Shown here one piece after another: positions 1 to 12,842 of a stretch of DNA of 64,000 nucleotides. The stretch lies in the NCBI GenBank assembly GCA_965112155.1, contig OZ218107.1, one strand, 5' to 3'. The position numbers and the translations under genes are program-made. Source of the DNA: Podarcis liolepis (lineage: Eukaryota). The first letter of the stretch is position 1. Each line of letters begins with the position of its first letter. A model generated the notes under the pieces. The model was not told the origin of the DNA and did no database searches. It was given only the letters and a program-made list of their open reading frames with translations.

Positions 1-1449
1 GGTGGTTGTTTTCTTTTAAACTCCTGTATTACAAAATTCAGAGAAGTGTGAACTTCAAAGGATATATGTCTGCATGTTTTTTTTTGAGAAGTGAGAATTA
101 GGTAGGTTTGCAATAAAATGCACACTAAGCAGAATTTCTCACCCTCCCTTGTTGACTTCAATGGGACTTAAAATAAATGTGTTCCAGACTGAAATGCCAG
201 TTATGTGCTAAGGTTATTTGTTTCACAGCATGACTCCTACTTTGCCTCTATCTTTTCCAAAAGGGGGAACTGCGTACAACCCCACAGAAACAGGGTTGGT
301 ACCCTACCACTACCAACTGGTGAGGGGGTCAGGATTGCAACTGAAGACTCATAAGGAGTTGATGAAGAAACACCTACCTACCTTCAATGAGGCCACATCT
401 TTAGTTGCTAAAGGAACTTGCTGGTGTACTCTGTACTCCCAAGTCGTATAACTAGTTAAATTCAGTGTAGTTAAGGCTGGACCTCAGGGTTGAACTCCAG
501 GATGCGGCAACCTGCTCACTAACCAAATGACACCCAGTAGTTGATGATAGGAACAGCTGCAAACCAGCTCTGTATCAATATGAAAGCCCTCATGGACATG
601 CCAGAGCCCATTGTTGCTGGGGCTCATCACAGTACCATTATTTCCTTTTCTGCATTGCTAGGGGCTGGCTGACCAGGCACACACTTGGTTGCAGATCCTC
701 ATAATATTTATTATCATTTTCTACAAGAAGATGGGTTTTATTCCCAAATAAATGTATCTAGTGCAGACTAGCAAAAGCAAACTCCATTTTATTAATTTAA
801 TTGTGATGGCGCTATGATTTAAGTGAGTTTTAATACAAATCTGCACACACTTAAAATCTTTCATTATTATTTTTTAAATAACAACCAGGGCTGTTGGATT
901 TTGCTATAACATGTCAGTTGTAAAGTAGGGAGCACAGAAGTTATAGAAGCATGGAATGGTGGTGGTGGTGGGCGAGCGTGAGAAGAGAAATATGTGTTTC
1001 ACAAGTGAAGTATTTCACATGGTTGTCTAAAGCCCTCCCTGCCCACCTTTAAGATCATTAAGCCCAGGGTCTAAACCAAGCCTAGCTGTACCACCAATCA
1101 AATTGTGAGTCTTTTGGGAACAAACAAGTGTGCTTTGGAGGAAAGAAGCTTCTGACCTAAAGCAGAGTCGGTAAATGAAACTGACAAAATATCAAAGGTG
1201 GGGAGGGGGCGCTTATGCCAAAAAGAGGACACAGATGTGCATTAAAAATTAATATGCTAACTTACATTCACTGGTGCAATTTTTTATTTATGTTTTTACT
1301 ATAAATGAAATAGGAATAAATTACATATCACCATAGTGGGGAAGACTGCAACCAAGTGACCTATGCTCAATTTGATGGACATCTTCATGGCCCCTGCTCT
1401 GTATCTTTAAACCAGACATGGACTGGACAGGCTTTCACATGTACTAGGA

Positions 1450-1588
1450 CAGTGGCTCCCAATTAGCTAAGTACTGTGGACCCCTTGTTTTTCAAAAGCC
1501 AAGCCATGAACCTCCTACTTTTGAAAATTTTGGTATCTTGATGGTTGTTTTTGTTGGCCACGGGCCATTCACTAACTGGCAACCACTG
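1450..1588. mobile_element. hAT/Charlie-type MITE
   Basis: Termini CAGTGGCTCCCA / TGGCAACCACTG form an imperfect TIR; 8-bp TSD tactagga (1442-1449) / cactagga (1589-1596). Confidence 0.65.
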
Positions 1589-2254
1589 CACTAGGAGACA
1601 TGGCCACCCTTCAGTGGTTATTATTTTTTCTAAGAAGAAATGTGGGTAAATGGATTGTAAAGAATTTGAAAAGATGCTGTAAGGAAACAGGAATCCAAAT
1701 AGCAGCAGCCTTTTAAGTTAAGAATAAATAAACTTGATTTTATTGGAAACTATAATCACAGCCTCCTTTACACTAAGCCTGTGATGTTTATAGTTTTGGT
1801 TCTTTCTGACTAGTCTGCTTTGAATATTTACCCAATGAACTGAAGGCAGCTGTAATGCTAATAATACAACCACTATTATAAATAATAGCTGATTGGGACT
1901 AATAACAATAAACATATGCATTAGCTTAACATTATAATCAGTGGGACATTTTTACAGGCACTTTGTAAAAGAGTGTGCCTGCCCTCCTAGAGACATTCCA
2001 GGCCAGAGAGAAAACTATCATTAAAATCCACTTTACCTAATTCAGGGGCAGCTGTCACATTTGCGTGGCCTGTTAAAAGACCGAAGGAGGCGCTAGATGC
2101 TCGTAGTGAACTGAGATCCATTGCTCCTGCATCTATCAGCTGGGAGAGGAGATGTAGAAGAACAAGTCTGATATGCATGATGATAAACAGAAAAGATGGG
2201 CAGTGGAGGTTGCAAAGCCTGAAATATGGCATTGCTGCTATCAGTTATCAGGCT

Positions 2255-2995
2255 GGTCCAGTGGGAGAGCATGGGCTCCGCATACAGAATCTCCCAGGTT
2301 CAATCCCCAGCATCTCCAGGTCTTCTTCTTCTTTGGCGATCACTTGTAGCTGAGTACGTTTGTCTTCCATGAACATGGTTTTAACAGTGAGTCTGTAAGT
2401 GACTGTGGAGGCCAATTCTGGATCCACACACCCTTCCACAGTGGGGACAAAGGTTTCCCAGTGGGAGTTGATCATGGTGAGGGTTTGCCAAGTGTGCCCT
2501 CCTCTTAGCACGTTTCTCCCTTTCGTCCTGAGCTCAAGCATCTTCAAAGCCCATGACACCTTTGGTAAAGGCTGTTCTCCAGTTGGAGCGCTCACAGGCC
2601 ACTGTTTCTTAGTTGTCGGTGTTTATACTACATTTTTTTTAGATTTGCCTTCAGAGAGTCTTTAAACCTCCTTTGTTGACCACCAGCCTTATGCTTTCAA
2701 TTTTTAAGTTCGGAATAGAGTAGCAGCTTTGGAAGACGATAATCAGGCATCTACACAACATGAGCAGTCCAAGGAAGTTGATACTGAAGAATCACTGCTT
2801 CCACACAGGTGGTCTTTGCTTCTTCCAGTACACAGCATTAGTTCACCTGTCTTCCCAAGTGATGTGTAAAAATTTCCAGAGACAAATTTTTCAGAGCCCT
2901 CCAGGTAGGGCTTGCATCAGACTCATTGCCTGAAACTCTGCAGAGCTACTGCCTCTGGGTGTAGAAAATGCTGAGCTAGATGGACCAATGAGCCC
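2255..2995 (+). mobile_element. tRNA-derived SINE split by the RTE insertion
   Basis: B-box-like head 'ccaggttcaatccccagcatctccaggt' (to 2321) resumes at 2899 as 'ctccaggtagggc...gctgagctagatggaccaatg'. Confidence 0.6.
2322..2898 (-). mobile_element. 5'-truncated, degenerate RTE-clade LINE 3' end
   Basis: Minus strand encodes ACERSNWRTAFTKGVMGFED and the C-terminal CPHCGRVCGSRIGLHSH zinc-finger motif typical of RTE ORFs; (GAA)n tail; 8-bp TSD ctccaggt at 2314-2321 and 2899-2906. Confidence 0.85.
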
Positions 2996-3174
2996 TATGC
3001 TCCTAATGGAACAGTTCAGAGTCTTTTACTGCTGCAGGTGGAACTCTTGAAGCTGTGAGGTAGGAAATGTCTTGCAGCAATGACTCTTTTGCTTAGGCTA
3101 GTGCACTATCTGCACCCATTCATAGAAAAAAACAGGTCTGGTCAGGGAGATGGGTGTCTTAGTTACCTCTCTTT

Positions 3175-3345
3175 GGGACTACTAGAACACGCTTCGTATG
3201 GGGCTACACTTGCAGAAACTTAAGTCTTAAATGGAACCAGTCCACTGGGTCATGTAACCCCCTGTGTTTCTAGCTGCACTAGCTGTTGATCCATTTCTGG
3301 GTTCATTTCAAAATTCTGGTTTTTACCTTTAGAGCCTAGAACAGA
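3175..3345 (+). mobile_element. Old L2 LINE fragment
   Basis: Degenerate L2 ORF2 3' region ('ctgcactagctgttgatccatttctgggttcatttcaaaattctggtttttacctttagagcc', resembling LHWLPI..FKILVL.FKAL). Confidence 0.55.
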
Positions 3346-6300
3346 GGTTGTCAACATGGTGTCCTTGGGATGTTTTTGGAGTTCAGCTCCAATCCGTATG
3401 GCCAAGAGTAGGGTTGTGCACCAGATTCAGTCGAGGGAGGCCTGAGCCAAATTGGGTCTATTTGGAGGGATCCAGGTATTGGTTGAGTCAGGATGAGATA
3501 TCCCTGGATCGCCACAGATTGAACTGGGTAGCTCAGAGCAGTCCCGTGCTGTTGGGGGACAGGACATCAATCAAGAAGGAGAGGCAGGTACAGGGAGGAA
3601 GAAGCTGAAACTGAAACTGAAAAACATAGGGACCTACTGGGCAGCTGCATTCTGAGTTGTTTCCAGATTATGATTATGATTATTTATTAAATGTCTATAA
3701 TGACCTTCATTCCAACATCACAAGGCAGTTTACAATATAAAAGCACAAAAATAAATACCTGATGACCAGTTGTTGTTTTTTGCATTCACCCTGATTTGTG
3801 TGTAGGGAGTTAGACAATGTTGCATCAAGTTTGTGTTATCCCACACGTTCTAATGCATTTTCCTTTTCCTTTCCATATCTCAAACAGCCTCACATTTGGG
3901 TGGAAGTTGGTTTGTTGCAGATAAACATTGTTGCAAATAAACTTGCATTGCATATATCAACATCCTGCAAGGGCCCCAAGTAATTCAGAAGTCTACAGGG
4001 TTGAAATTCAGATGCACTTCTCATTTAGTTCCAGCTGTCAATGGTCTGGTGGATTACCTCCCATTGAGCGCTCTTGAACCCACTAGATTTCATACCAACT
4101 GGAAAGCAACTGAACCATGGTTTCCTCTCTATTTTACTACAGTACCTCATACAAATGCTCTTGCTATAAATCAGGATTTGAATTCTAGCCTATTTATTTA
4201 TTTTAAAAAACTGTATGCCACAATTTCATAAAGAAAATGAAAGTGGTTTGCAACAATTACAATACAATAAAAAACACACAAAAATTACAAGCTCTCCAGC
4301 TCTTGCAGAAAATGTTATTTTCTTCATTGTGTGCATAAGCCTGGTAGCAAAGAAATGCTTCCAGCAAACATTTGAAAGATAGTGCAGAAGGCTATAGGAA
4401 GACCATTCCACAGGAGAGGACTGAAGAGGCTCAATGAAGTGTAGTTTATATGCTGATGACATTACACGATAAACATATGGAGTGAGATAAGAAATTCTGC
4501 TCTATTTCCACCCTAATAGTCATTAGGTACCTTGTGCCACAGTAGAAAAAGGAGATGCTTGCAGGCAAATAAATGTGCATATTCTTGGATATTTTTGCTC
4601 ACCCCTTTCCATTTTTGGCCCATTTTTGCAGCTGATTCATTGTCTCAAAATCTTTGCTGCTGTTCTCATTTGTTGCCTAATACCCTGAAACGAGATGCGC
4701 ACATGCCTTATCTGCTTTGCAAGTTTGTCTCTGCCTGCTGATCATCCGGCTAGAATTACTCACCTTTTTCAATAACACATTCCTGCAAACCCCATCTCCC
4801 CACCCACCCCACTTGAGATGACACTGCTTCTATGCTCCAACCAGCCACATGCGAGTGCCTGTCAATCATCCTGGCATGGTTCAAGTGCAATGCCTGCTGG
4901 GGCTTCCAAGTGGCAAGAAAACCGACCACCAACAGAAAAGGGGAAATGGTGGCCCTGAGCTTCTGGAAAGCAGATTTAGAAGAGTAGTGGAGTCAGGATG
5001 TCAGGAAGAGGAAGACAGAACTTGGGGCAGTAGTAACTTAATCCACCAGACCTGCACTGCCGGGTGTCAGTTGTCTCCTGATGTGCTGACCAGTAGCAGT
5101 GTCCTGTCTCCTTTGCTTTTCTAAAACTGTTCTTGCCTCATCATCAGTCAACTAACCAAGTGCACAGCTTCTTGACAATCTCTGGATTGCATTTGCTTGA
5201 GGAAACACATCTGTCAAAGCAGCTTGCATGCAAGTAGGAGCGAGATCGGGGCTGCTCAGCTGGGGAGTGTGAAGCTTGCCCTTCCCAGCTGAGAGAGCCC
5301 CAACCCTGCCGGGCTGCACCTTTCCTCCCAGAAAGACAGAACCCACCCTCCAGGTAGAAGCCAACCAGGAAGTGTAGGGAGACTTTGATGCTGCTGGCGG
5401 GCCCAGTGCTCACCAGCAGTCCCTCTCCACAAGGCGCAGATAGGGTGGCTTTGCACCCCACACCTTGTGGACTTCACCTGGGAGGGTTATGCTGTGTCAT
5501 TCCCTCTGGGGTGAATGACCCCCCACCAGAGGAAAGAGATAGCACACCCGCACGGGCTAAGGCAATCAAACACAGAGTCTAACAGGTTCTGTGTGCTTGG
5601 CTACTGCCACTTGGTCTGTCTTTGGGGAGTGGGAGGCAAGCAGGCGAGGAAGCTCGCCTGCCCCCTATGCCAGTGAAGGCAGAAGGAATTTGGCCAAGGA
5701 GCCCCAAGATCCTTGCGGCTCCAGCACACGCAGCAGGGTACTTGGGCCTGTCTCCGCTGGGGGCAGGAGCTCTCCCGCCCCCAGAGGAGCCTGGCCAACG
5801 GGCCTGGGGCCTCGCTCAGCTGGGGGCAGGAGTTTTTCCACCCTGCGGCTGAGCAGCAGGCTGGGGCCAGCTGCAATGGCCACAGCCCGCAAGGCTCTTG
5901 GGTGAATGTGCCTAAGCTCCTACAATGAGAATTGTGGCAGTTTCACCTGGGATCTCGCCAGCTGGGGCCAATGCAGTTTTTTTCAACATCACGGTATATC
6001 GCCAAACCGTGACGTCTGGCTGGTGATACACCTCGATGTTGAAAACCCAACCTTGCCCAGTCCTACTGGGCTAATAATGCACTTGATCTCAAACTGATGA
6101 CTGTTTGTTGGCAGTCTTTGCTCAATACACCAGGGTGGGTGGCCTTGCAAATCTCACAGTGGCAGAGTCAGATCCCCAGTGTGGCCAAAGTGTAAGGTAG
6201 GTCAGGACTTCACCTTATTTTTAGGAGTGACTAAATGAATACACACTCACACACATATCTACACACCTTTTATCAGAAGGGCCCAGGACTGGTTACAACA

Positions 6301-6654
6301 ATTAAATATACAATTATAAAACCAAATTAAAAAGTTACAGTTCTAAAAGGATAAAAACAATTAAAAACTTTTCTATATATAAGAACCAGTTTAAAATATT
6401 TCCCATACAGATACACACACATATATGTGTATATAAAATTCATATATTGCAAATGTGTGCAGAAAGAAGTCTGGTAAGATGGCTGGTTGAAAGGATAATG
6501 AGAACATAAGTGTTAACAAAACCATTCTGATTGCAGGCTTTATATGTCACCCAAATGGAGCTGTTAGCACATCTTACATCATACTGATATTGACTGGACT
6601 TAGAAGGAAGGAAGCAGGAAGGAAGCAAAGCTTGAAAGGAAGTGATCTACTTTA

Positions 6655-6755
6655 CCAGCAAATAGTTACTAAAAGAAGGAACTCTGTGAGGGATAAACTA
6701 CAGTTCCCAGGATTCTTTGAGAAAGCCATGTGTTTTAAATGTATGGTGTGGATGT
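6655..6755. repeat. Half copy of a palindromic 'actacagttcccaggattc' MITE-like family
   Basis: Same motif family recurs at 33555-33740, 35045-35395, 37870-38065 and 43010-43210. Confidence 0.6.
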
Positions 6756-8110
6756 AGTGATTGTGAATTGCAGTAAAAAATCTTGGTGTGCGCTTTTGCA
6801 TGCAAGCCAAAATCCAAACAAAGCTGGATTTTGGGTCAGCAGACTGTGATCTGAAACAGGAGAAAACCCCTTCATGAAGCAATAATGCTTGAAAATACAT
6901 GAACCGGCCTCTTCTGTTTGTAAATTGGAAAACAAGGGCCCTCCGGAATCGGCTCTCTACCAAAAGTCACCTTAAACTGACCTTAGCAATACTTTGCAAG
7001 TGCTGAATGCATTTGCTCTTCAGGTGTACTTTTAAAAGGACCTGATGTTTAAGATGTTCTGGCGTTTAGTGTTTGATATATAGTTATATATTTCACTGTA
7101 GAGATGTGTGGAGCCCTTCCTCTGGGAATTTTCTTTGCTAATCCTATTGAAGTCCTTTTAACTCCCTTTGAAATTCCTGCAGATGTTTTGCCTGAGCAGG
7201 ATCTTACAAATTAATGCAAAATAGGAAATTGGGGGGGGGATACAATCCTGAATATATTATCTCTGGCTGTCACTGAAGTTATCACAGGGAAGGGCACAAT
7301 CCAGACTCCCACATCTATGTACAGCTATAATCTCATAAAGTTCCATTTTGCTTCTGTTGTTGTAAGTAGTTATCTGAGTTTAGTTTGGGTGCTTTCCTCT
7401 AAAAGACAAACCCAGTAGCCACCATCCATTCTGTGACATAAGCAACATAAAAAAGCCAGACACTGTTTATCTGAAACCTCTTCACTGATCGTGGATACCT
7501 ATATTTGTTCCTGGTTTTAACAACAGAGAAACGTGTTTATGTGAGGCTGACGGTCACTTAAGAGGCGATCGTTTTGACAGAGAATCATAATCTGATGATC
7601 ACGACGGATGGTTCCAAGCAGCAGAGAAACTGTTACTGTTAGGAAAAAGTGAATGAGAATCCACTTTGAACGTTTCATATGGAGGTTGATGAAGTTCTTT
7701 AGAGTTCTACACATTTGTCTCATGAGCAGTATCTTTCTTGCTTGGATTCCCCTCCCCCCCTTGAAATTTGGTCCTGTGGAAATTACGTCATATATTATGG
7801 GCTCTGTGTTTTTCTTTTCTTTTTTTTACTGATGGCACACAGAGCTGAAAAAAAGGAAGTGGGAAAGAACAGCCTTTCAACTTCCTGCTTTGTCTCTATG
7901 GATAAGGGTAACCCCCCCTCACCATCTCATAACCAAAGGGGAAAATGGGGGTGCCATGTCAGAGGCTATGTGGGTACCAGCCAGTGGAAGACCTCAATAG
8001 CAATTCCCATTCAAAGGCTTGATGGATTAGCTTGAATCGGAACATATAACGATTACTTGCTTGCTTTCTAGGTATCATTTTTTGGGGGGGGGGCATTGAG
8101 CGCTTAATGG

Positions 8111-8734
8111 TGTGATCCTACCAGGAATTAACTCCTGTATGCTCAATAGTGCAGCAGAACCGTTCCTGAGCTACCCCTTCACTGGATGTCATAACCACTC
8201 AGCCCACAATACAGGTCACCACCAGACAAACTAACAGTCAGGCTTCAGGGAATTGGCTTCTCTCTCCCATAAGAAGATGAAAGAAAGGAATGTCTTACCA
8301 GTTAGAAACTTTAATAATCACAGTGAGAGAACAAAGAACACATCTCCTAGAAATGGCGGTGCTCCCAATTAAGGATCACACCCCCTTCCATCCCTATTAA
8401 TCTATGCTACTCCTACCTATGTCTTGTAATCTGAGCTTGTACCCTCGGTGCTTTCTGTTCTGAGACTTTCTGAGCTCTTTGTAGCCTTGGGGAGAGCGGA
8501 GGAATGATGTGCAGAGACTGTGAATCTGCTAACCCTCGCTGTTCCAGTGCTTCTTCTCCTAACTGTTCCCCATCCAGTATTTCCCAGCTTTTGCCTTCTG
8601 AACTATGTCCCTCTACAAACCACTGTTCTAAATCTAAACCGCCCTCCTGCTCCTGGGAAGATTCAGGATCAGGGAGAGGGGTTGGCTCCCACCATTCTTT
8701 CTCAGTGCAGCCCTCCTCATCATGGTCCCTGACA
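8111..8734 (-). mobile_element. Solo LTR-like element (probably Gypsy/Metaviridae) containing a 106-codon ORF
   Basis: On the minus strand it starts TGTCAGGGA and ends ...TCACA (TG...CA); ATTAAA signal downstream of the ORF; same first 9 nt as the TSD-flanked LTR at 50724. No TSD found. Confidence 0.6.
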
Positions 8735-10593
8735 CTAACCAACTAACTAAAAAAAAGAAAGAATAGCAACCAGGACTTGAGTTTAGCTTACTCATATCAT
8801 TTATTTATTTTTGCCAGGAATAGTATTCATAACATCATAGAATCATAGAACTGTAGATTTGGAAAACACTACCTTGATGCCACGTAAATACTCCAGTGCC
8901 ATGTCCAGTGATAAATCTTTAATATCAAATCCCAGAAGTAATGCCAAAATGACCTTCGGATCTCAGCCACCATGCAAAATTATGATAGGCTTACAACCAA
9001 GTTAATATGTTTTCCTTTTCAAATGTACGTTTTCAGAACTGAATCAGAAAAATGACACACTCTGCAGATTATTACCAGGTTGAGTGAAAACCAAAGCCAT
9101 CACTGACAAGATTAAGACAGCAGCAAATATCCTGATTTCGATTCATAAATTCTATTACGGTGTTAGTGGTTAATGGACTGAGCTGTAAACAAGGAAATTC
9201 TATATTAAAACCTCAGGCATCTTTAAGTGAGTTGCTGTCTCTTAGTCTCAACCCTGCAGTGTTGGGATAACACTGAACTACCTTATAGGATTGTTGTAAG
9301 AATTACAGAGATAATGTGCTGTGAAACTCTCTGAATATTATGAAGTGCTTTATAAATGCTAAACAGTATCATTAATCAGAAACTTCAAAGGCAAAATTTG
9401 GCTTGGATGCACACAACTGAGCCATCTTCTTTTTCTAATTCTAGGAAGTGTCCCCCCCACCCTCCCCATCATCATATGTATAAATAACTTCCCCTCTTTC
9501 AGAGTTGTAAACTTGAATGAGGGTAAACCTTCTGTAAAGATGGAAATCATTGAGGAATTTTGTAATCTGGTAGAAATGAAAGATCCTCTTAACCCTTATT
9601 AAAAAGCCATAATCTTAAACTTATTCGACATTTTAAGCCTGGAAATTAGCCATGGTATTTAAATGAGCTGGAATCAAAAAGATTGCAAAAACGACTGAAG
9701 TCTCTCCAGACAACTGAAGAGTAATCTCCCGAGATTAAGACAGTGACAGTGACCAAACCTGCAAGAGAGAGAAAGGCTCAAAGCTAGTTGCTAATTAGAC
9801 CCTATTTATAATATTCATTTCCCCCAAAGCCTAACACAGAGAAAAATAAAATATCCTTTCCACATTATCCTTTCCACTCGGCCACAACTGGAACACTGGA
9901 AGAATTATACTACTGCTACACTGTTAGCACCATTAAAAGATGTTAGAAATCACATTCCCCTACTTTATAAATTATAATATTTTGAGCCTTTAGCACATTG
10001 CAAGCATAAGAGTGGTAATAATGAGGACTAGCTACTTTCCCCACTTCCCTGCTTGAGATAATTCCTGGAAAGAGCTCATGCATTGTATTATGGTTATTAG
10101 CTTCGTCAGTTTCCTCCTCACAGAGATACAGCTGGCACCTTCACTGTACAGCTTTCTGTGAATTTTGGGCATGCATTTCTTTATGCTGGCCTTTGGCACC
10201 CGAGATCAGCAGTGTAGCTAGCCGCTTGGGTGCATGGTGCAGGGGCGTGTCCTCAGGTGGGGGCGGGGTGAACCGCCCATGGGGGCGGGGCAAGCCTCTC
10301 CAAAGCTTGGAGCCTCTCTGCCACCTCCCCCTCAGCAGTAGGGTGGCTGAGGGAGAGGCAGTAGACAGATACAAGTCCCACGCTGTTGTTTCAGGTAGCA
10401 CGGAACCTGCAGGCACCTAAGCCACGTCACTCCTAAAAAGTTTTGTGAGTCCATTTTGTTTTTTTAAAAAATCTCATTTTGTCACCCCCCTCAGTGATGA
10501 CACCCAGGGTGGCCGCACCCCCCCCGCACCGCCCTTCCTCCGCCACTGCCCAAGATGTCCTGTGACTTTAATTTGTTTCAGCTGTTTTAAATA

Positions 10594-10811
10594 CAGTGGT
10601 ACCTCGGGTTAAGTACTTAATTCATTCCAGACTTAACCTGAAACTGTTCTTAACCTGAAGCACCACTTTAGCTAATGGGGCCTCCTGCTGCTGCCGTGCC
10701 AGCGGAGGACAATTTCTGTTCTTATCCTGAAGCAAAATTCTTAACCTGAAGCACTATTTCTGGGTTAGCGGAGTCTGTAACCTGAAGCGTATGTAACCCG
10801 AGGTACCACTG
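10594..10811. mobile_element. Tc1/mariner (pogo/Tigger-like) MITE, copy 1
   Basis: TIR CAGTGGTACCTCGGGTTA / TAACCCGAGGTACCACTG with TA target duplication. Confidence 0.9.
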
Positions 10812-11484
10812 TACTGAGTTTATTCTCTTTTTGCGAACGGAGAATTTGCTTCAGAATATTTTGCTCCACAGTTTTTTTTTCAAAATAAAAAAATTCCTTC
10901 CAGTTTTTTTTCCAGATATTCTTTACATTGTAGAGAACTGCAGCTTCATTCATGGCTATTGCATGGCCCTTTTGATATTGGTTGCTGAACAAGCTGGTCT
11001 GGTGGAGACATGGTGTAGTATCTAACATTAATTCTCCTCAGAGTAGACCCACTGAAATTAGTGGACATTACTAACTAATTGAAAGAGTGCAAGATATCTC
11101 AGTCTATTAAAGTAGATCCGAAAACCCCCAGAATTTAATGAGATCACAGCACATTGTGTCTACGCTTTGCAGGCATCAAGATGATCTCCTCTTAAAACCA
11201 ACGCTAAATGCCGTATTAGATAATTTACATCTTTTAAGAACTTACTGGTTGTGGTTTCCTCGTTTCTGTTGGCAAAAAACTTGGATGTGTGTTGCCAAGA
11301 CAACTGGCTTTGGAGACAAAAGGATTTGAAAACAGTTTCTGTATATTCTTTTAATCCTCTCTTTAAGACTCCTAGCATAGTTATTTCTTCCGCTCCTTAT
11401 TAAGATGTGTAACCTAATGCATCTTTTAATGTTAGACATGCAGGGAAGCTGCAAGTTATATTCCGTTTCCCATTATATGACTTT

Positions 11485-11630
11485 TGCGGTTGGCATCTGT
11501 GTGTCTCGAGAGACAATGGAGTGCGCCTCTGGGGGTGAAGCCAAACCACTGCATAAGCAGCACTGAAGTGACCTCCCTAGGGCGGAAGACTGGGCAGTGT
11601 GTATGGAGCCTCTGGGAAGCTCACAATCAG
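11485..11630 (-). mobile_element. SINE-like element sharing its 3' tail with the RTE fragment at 63445
   Basis: 'catctg..tctcgagagacaatggagtgcgcctctgggggtgaagccaa' aligns by eye with 63455-63505. Confidence 0.5.
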
Positions 11631-11689
11631 TGCCTGGATGAAATAGTTCCTGGTGTTCAGAGGCATGGTGTCCCTGATCCTGAAAATAG

Positions 11690-12090
11690 CAATCAGTCAT
11701 CATGACTTGTAGCCATTGATAGCCTTTCCCCCAATACAGTGGTACCTCAGGTTAAGTGCTTAATTCATTCCAGAGGTCCGTTCTTAACCTGAAACTGTTC
11801 TTAACCTGAAGCACCACTTTAGCTAATGGGGCCTCCCGCTGCCGCAGTGCCACCGGAGCATGATTTCTGTTCTCATCCTGAAGCAAAGTTCTTAACCCAA
11901 GGTACTATTTCTGGGTTAACAGAATCTGTAACCTGAAGCGTATGTAACCTGAAGCGTATGTAACCCGAGGTACCACTGTAATTTTTCTAATCCCCTTTTA
12001 AAGCCATCCAAGCTGGGGGCCATCACTACTTCTGGTGGTATCAAATTCCATAGTTTAAGAATGCACTCTGGCTGCGTGAAGAAGTCCATA
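11690..12090 (-). mobile_element. Old CR1 3' end interrupted by a mariner MITE
   Basis: Minus ORF 11916..12125 contains LWNLIPPEVVMAPSLDGFKRGLEK, a CR1 ORF2 C-terminal motif. Confidence 0.65.
11737..11978. mobile_element. Tc1/mariner MITE, copy 2
   Basis: Same TIRs and TA TSD; internal taacctgaag subrepeats. Confidence 0.9.
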
Positions 12091-12415
12091 ACAAAAGAAG
12101 AAGAGTCCTGATGGATCAGGCCCACCAGATGCCTATAGGAAACTTGCTTCTTCTTGGATTCATCTACAGTTCAGATCACTGGGTTCAGACCCCAGGTTTG
12201 AGTATTACGCGAGAGGGAGGAAACTGTCTGTTCATGATTTTATAAACCACTCTCATCCTCCCTTTGCTAACTCTCACTGTTAGCAACAAGCTATTCAGGT
12301 TGAGGAAGGGCAGCACATCTGGAAACAGTATTTCAGGCAATGGCATCTGAGTGGTGCTTAGCTCTGTAAGACGAAAGAGTTGCTGAATGTCATGCAGCAT
12401 TTTATTTATTTGTTC

Positions 12416-12418
<3 letters not shown>

Positions 12419-12464
<46 letters not shown>
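12419..12464. repeat. (GA)n microsatellite
   Basis: Read directly from the sequence. Confidence 0.98.
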
Positions 12465-12467
<3 letters not shown>

Positions 12468-12488
12468 TGTGAAGCTATAAGATCCACA

Positions 12489-12842
12489 AGGTAATGGTTA
12501 AAGGGACCCCTGACCATTAGGTCCAGTCGTGACCGACTCTGGGGTTGCGGCGCTCATCTCACTTTATTGGCCAAGGGAGCCGGCATACAGCTTCCGGGTC
12601 ATGTGGCCAGCATGACTAAGCTGCTTCTGGCAAACCAGAGCAGCGCATGGAAACGCCGTTTACCTTCCCGCCATTTACCTTTCCGCCGGAGCGGTAACTA
12701 TTTATCTACTTGCACTGTGATGTGCTTTCGAGCAACGGGACCGAGCAATGGGAGCTCACCCCGTTGCGGGGATTCGAACCGCCGACCTTCTGATCGGCAA
12801 GTCCTAGGCTCTGTGGTTTAACCCACAGCGCCACCCGTGTCC
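12489..12842 (-). mobile_element. Sauria SINE
   Basis: Minus strand has the tRNA-like head (ggcgctgtgggttaaaccacagagcctagg...ggttcgaatccc) and the gtccctttaacc tail; TSD ctataagatcca at 12475-12486 and 12843-12854. Confidence 0.92.

Noticed and set aside
4860-5584. Possible TG...CA solo LTR
   Set aside because: No TSD and no defensible left boundary.
5591-6064. GC-rich cluster of overlapping ORFs resembling an exon or CpG island
   Set aside because: No recognisable protein. Internal ggggcaggag repeats and a gcccagtccta terminus suggest a non-autonomous DNA transposon interior, but I could not fix the left end or a TSD.
7592-7645. CTGATGA...GAAAC hammerhead-like spacing (also at about 60085-60106)
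   Set aside because: Stem II and stem I cannot be formed.
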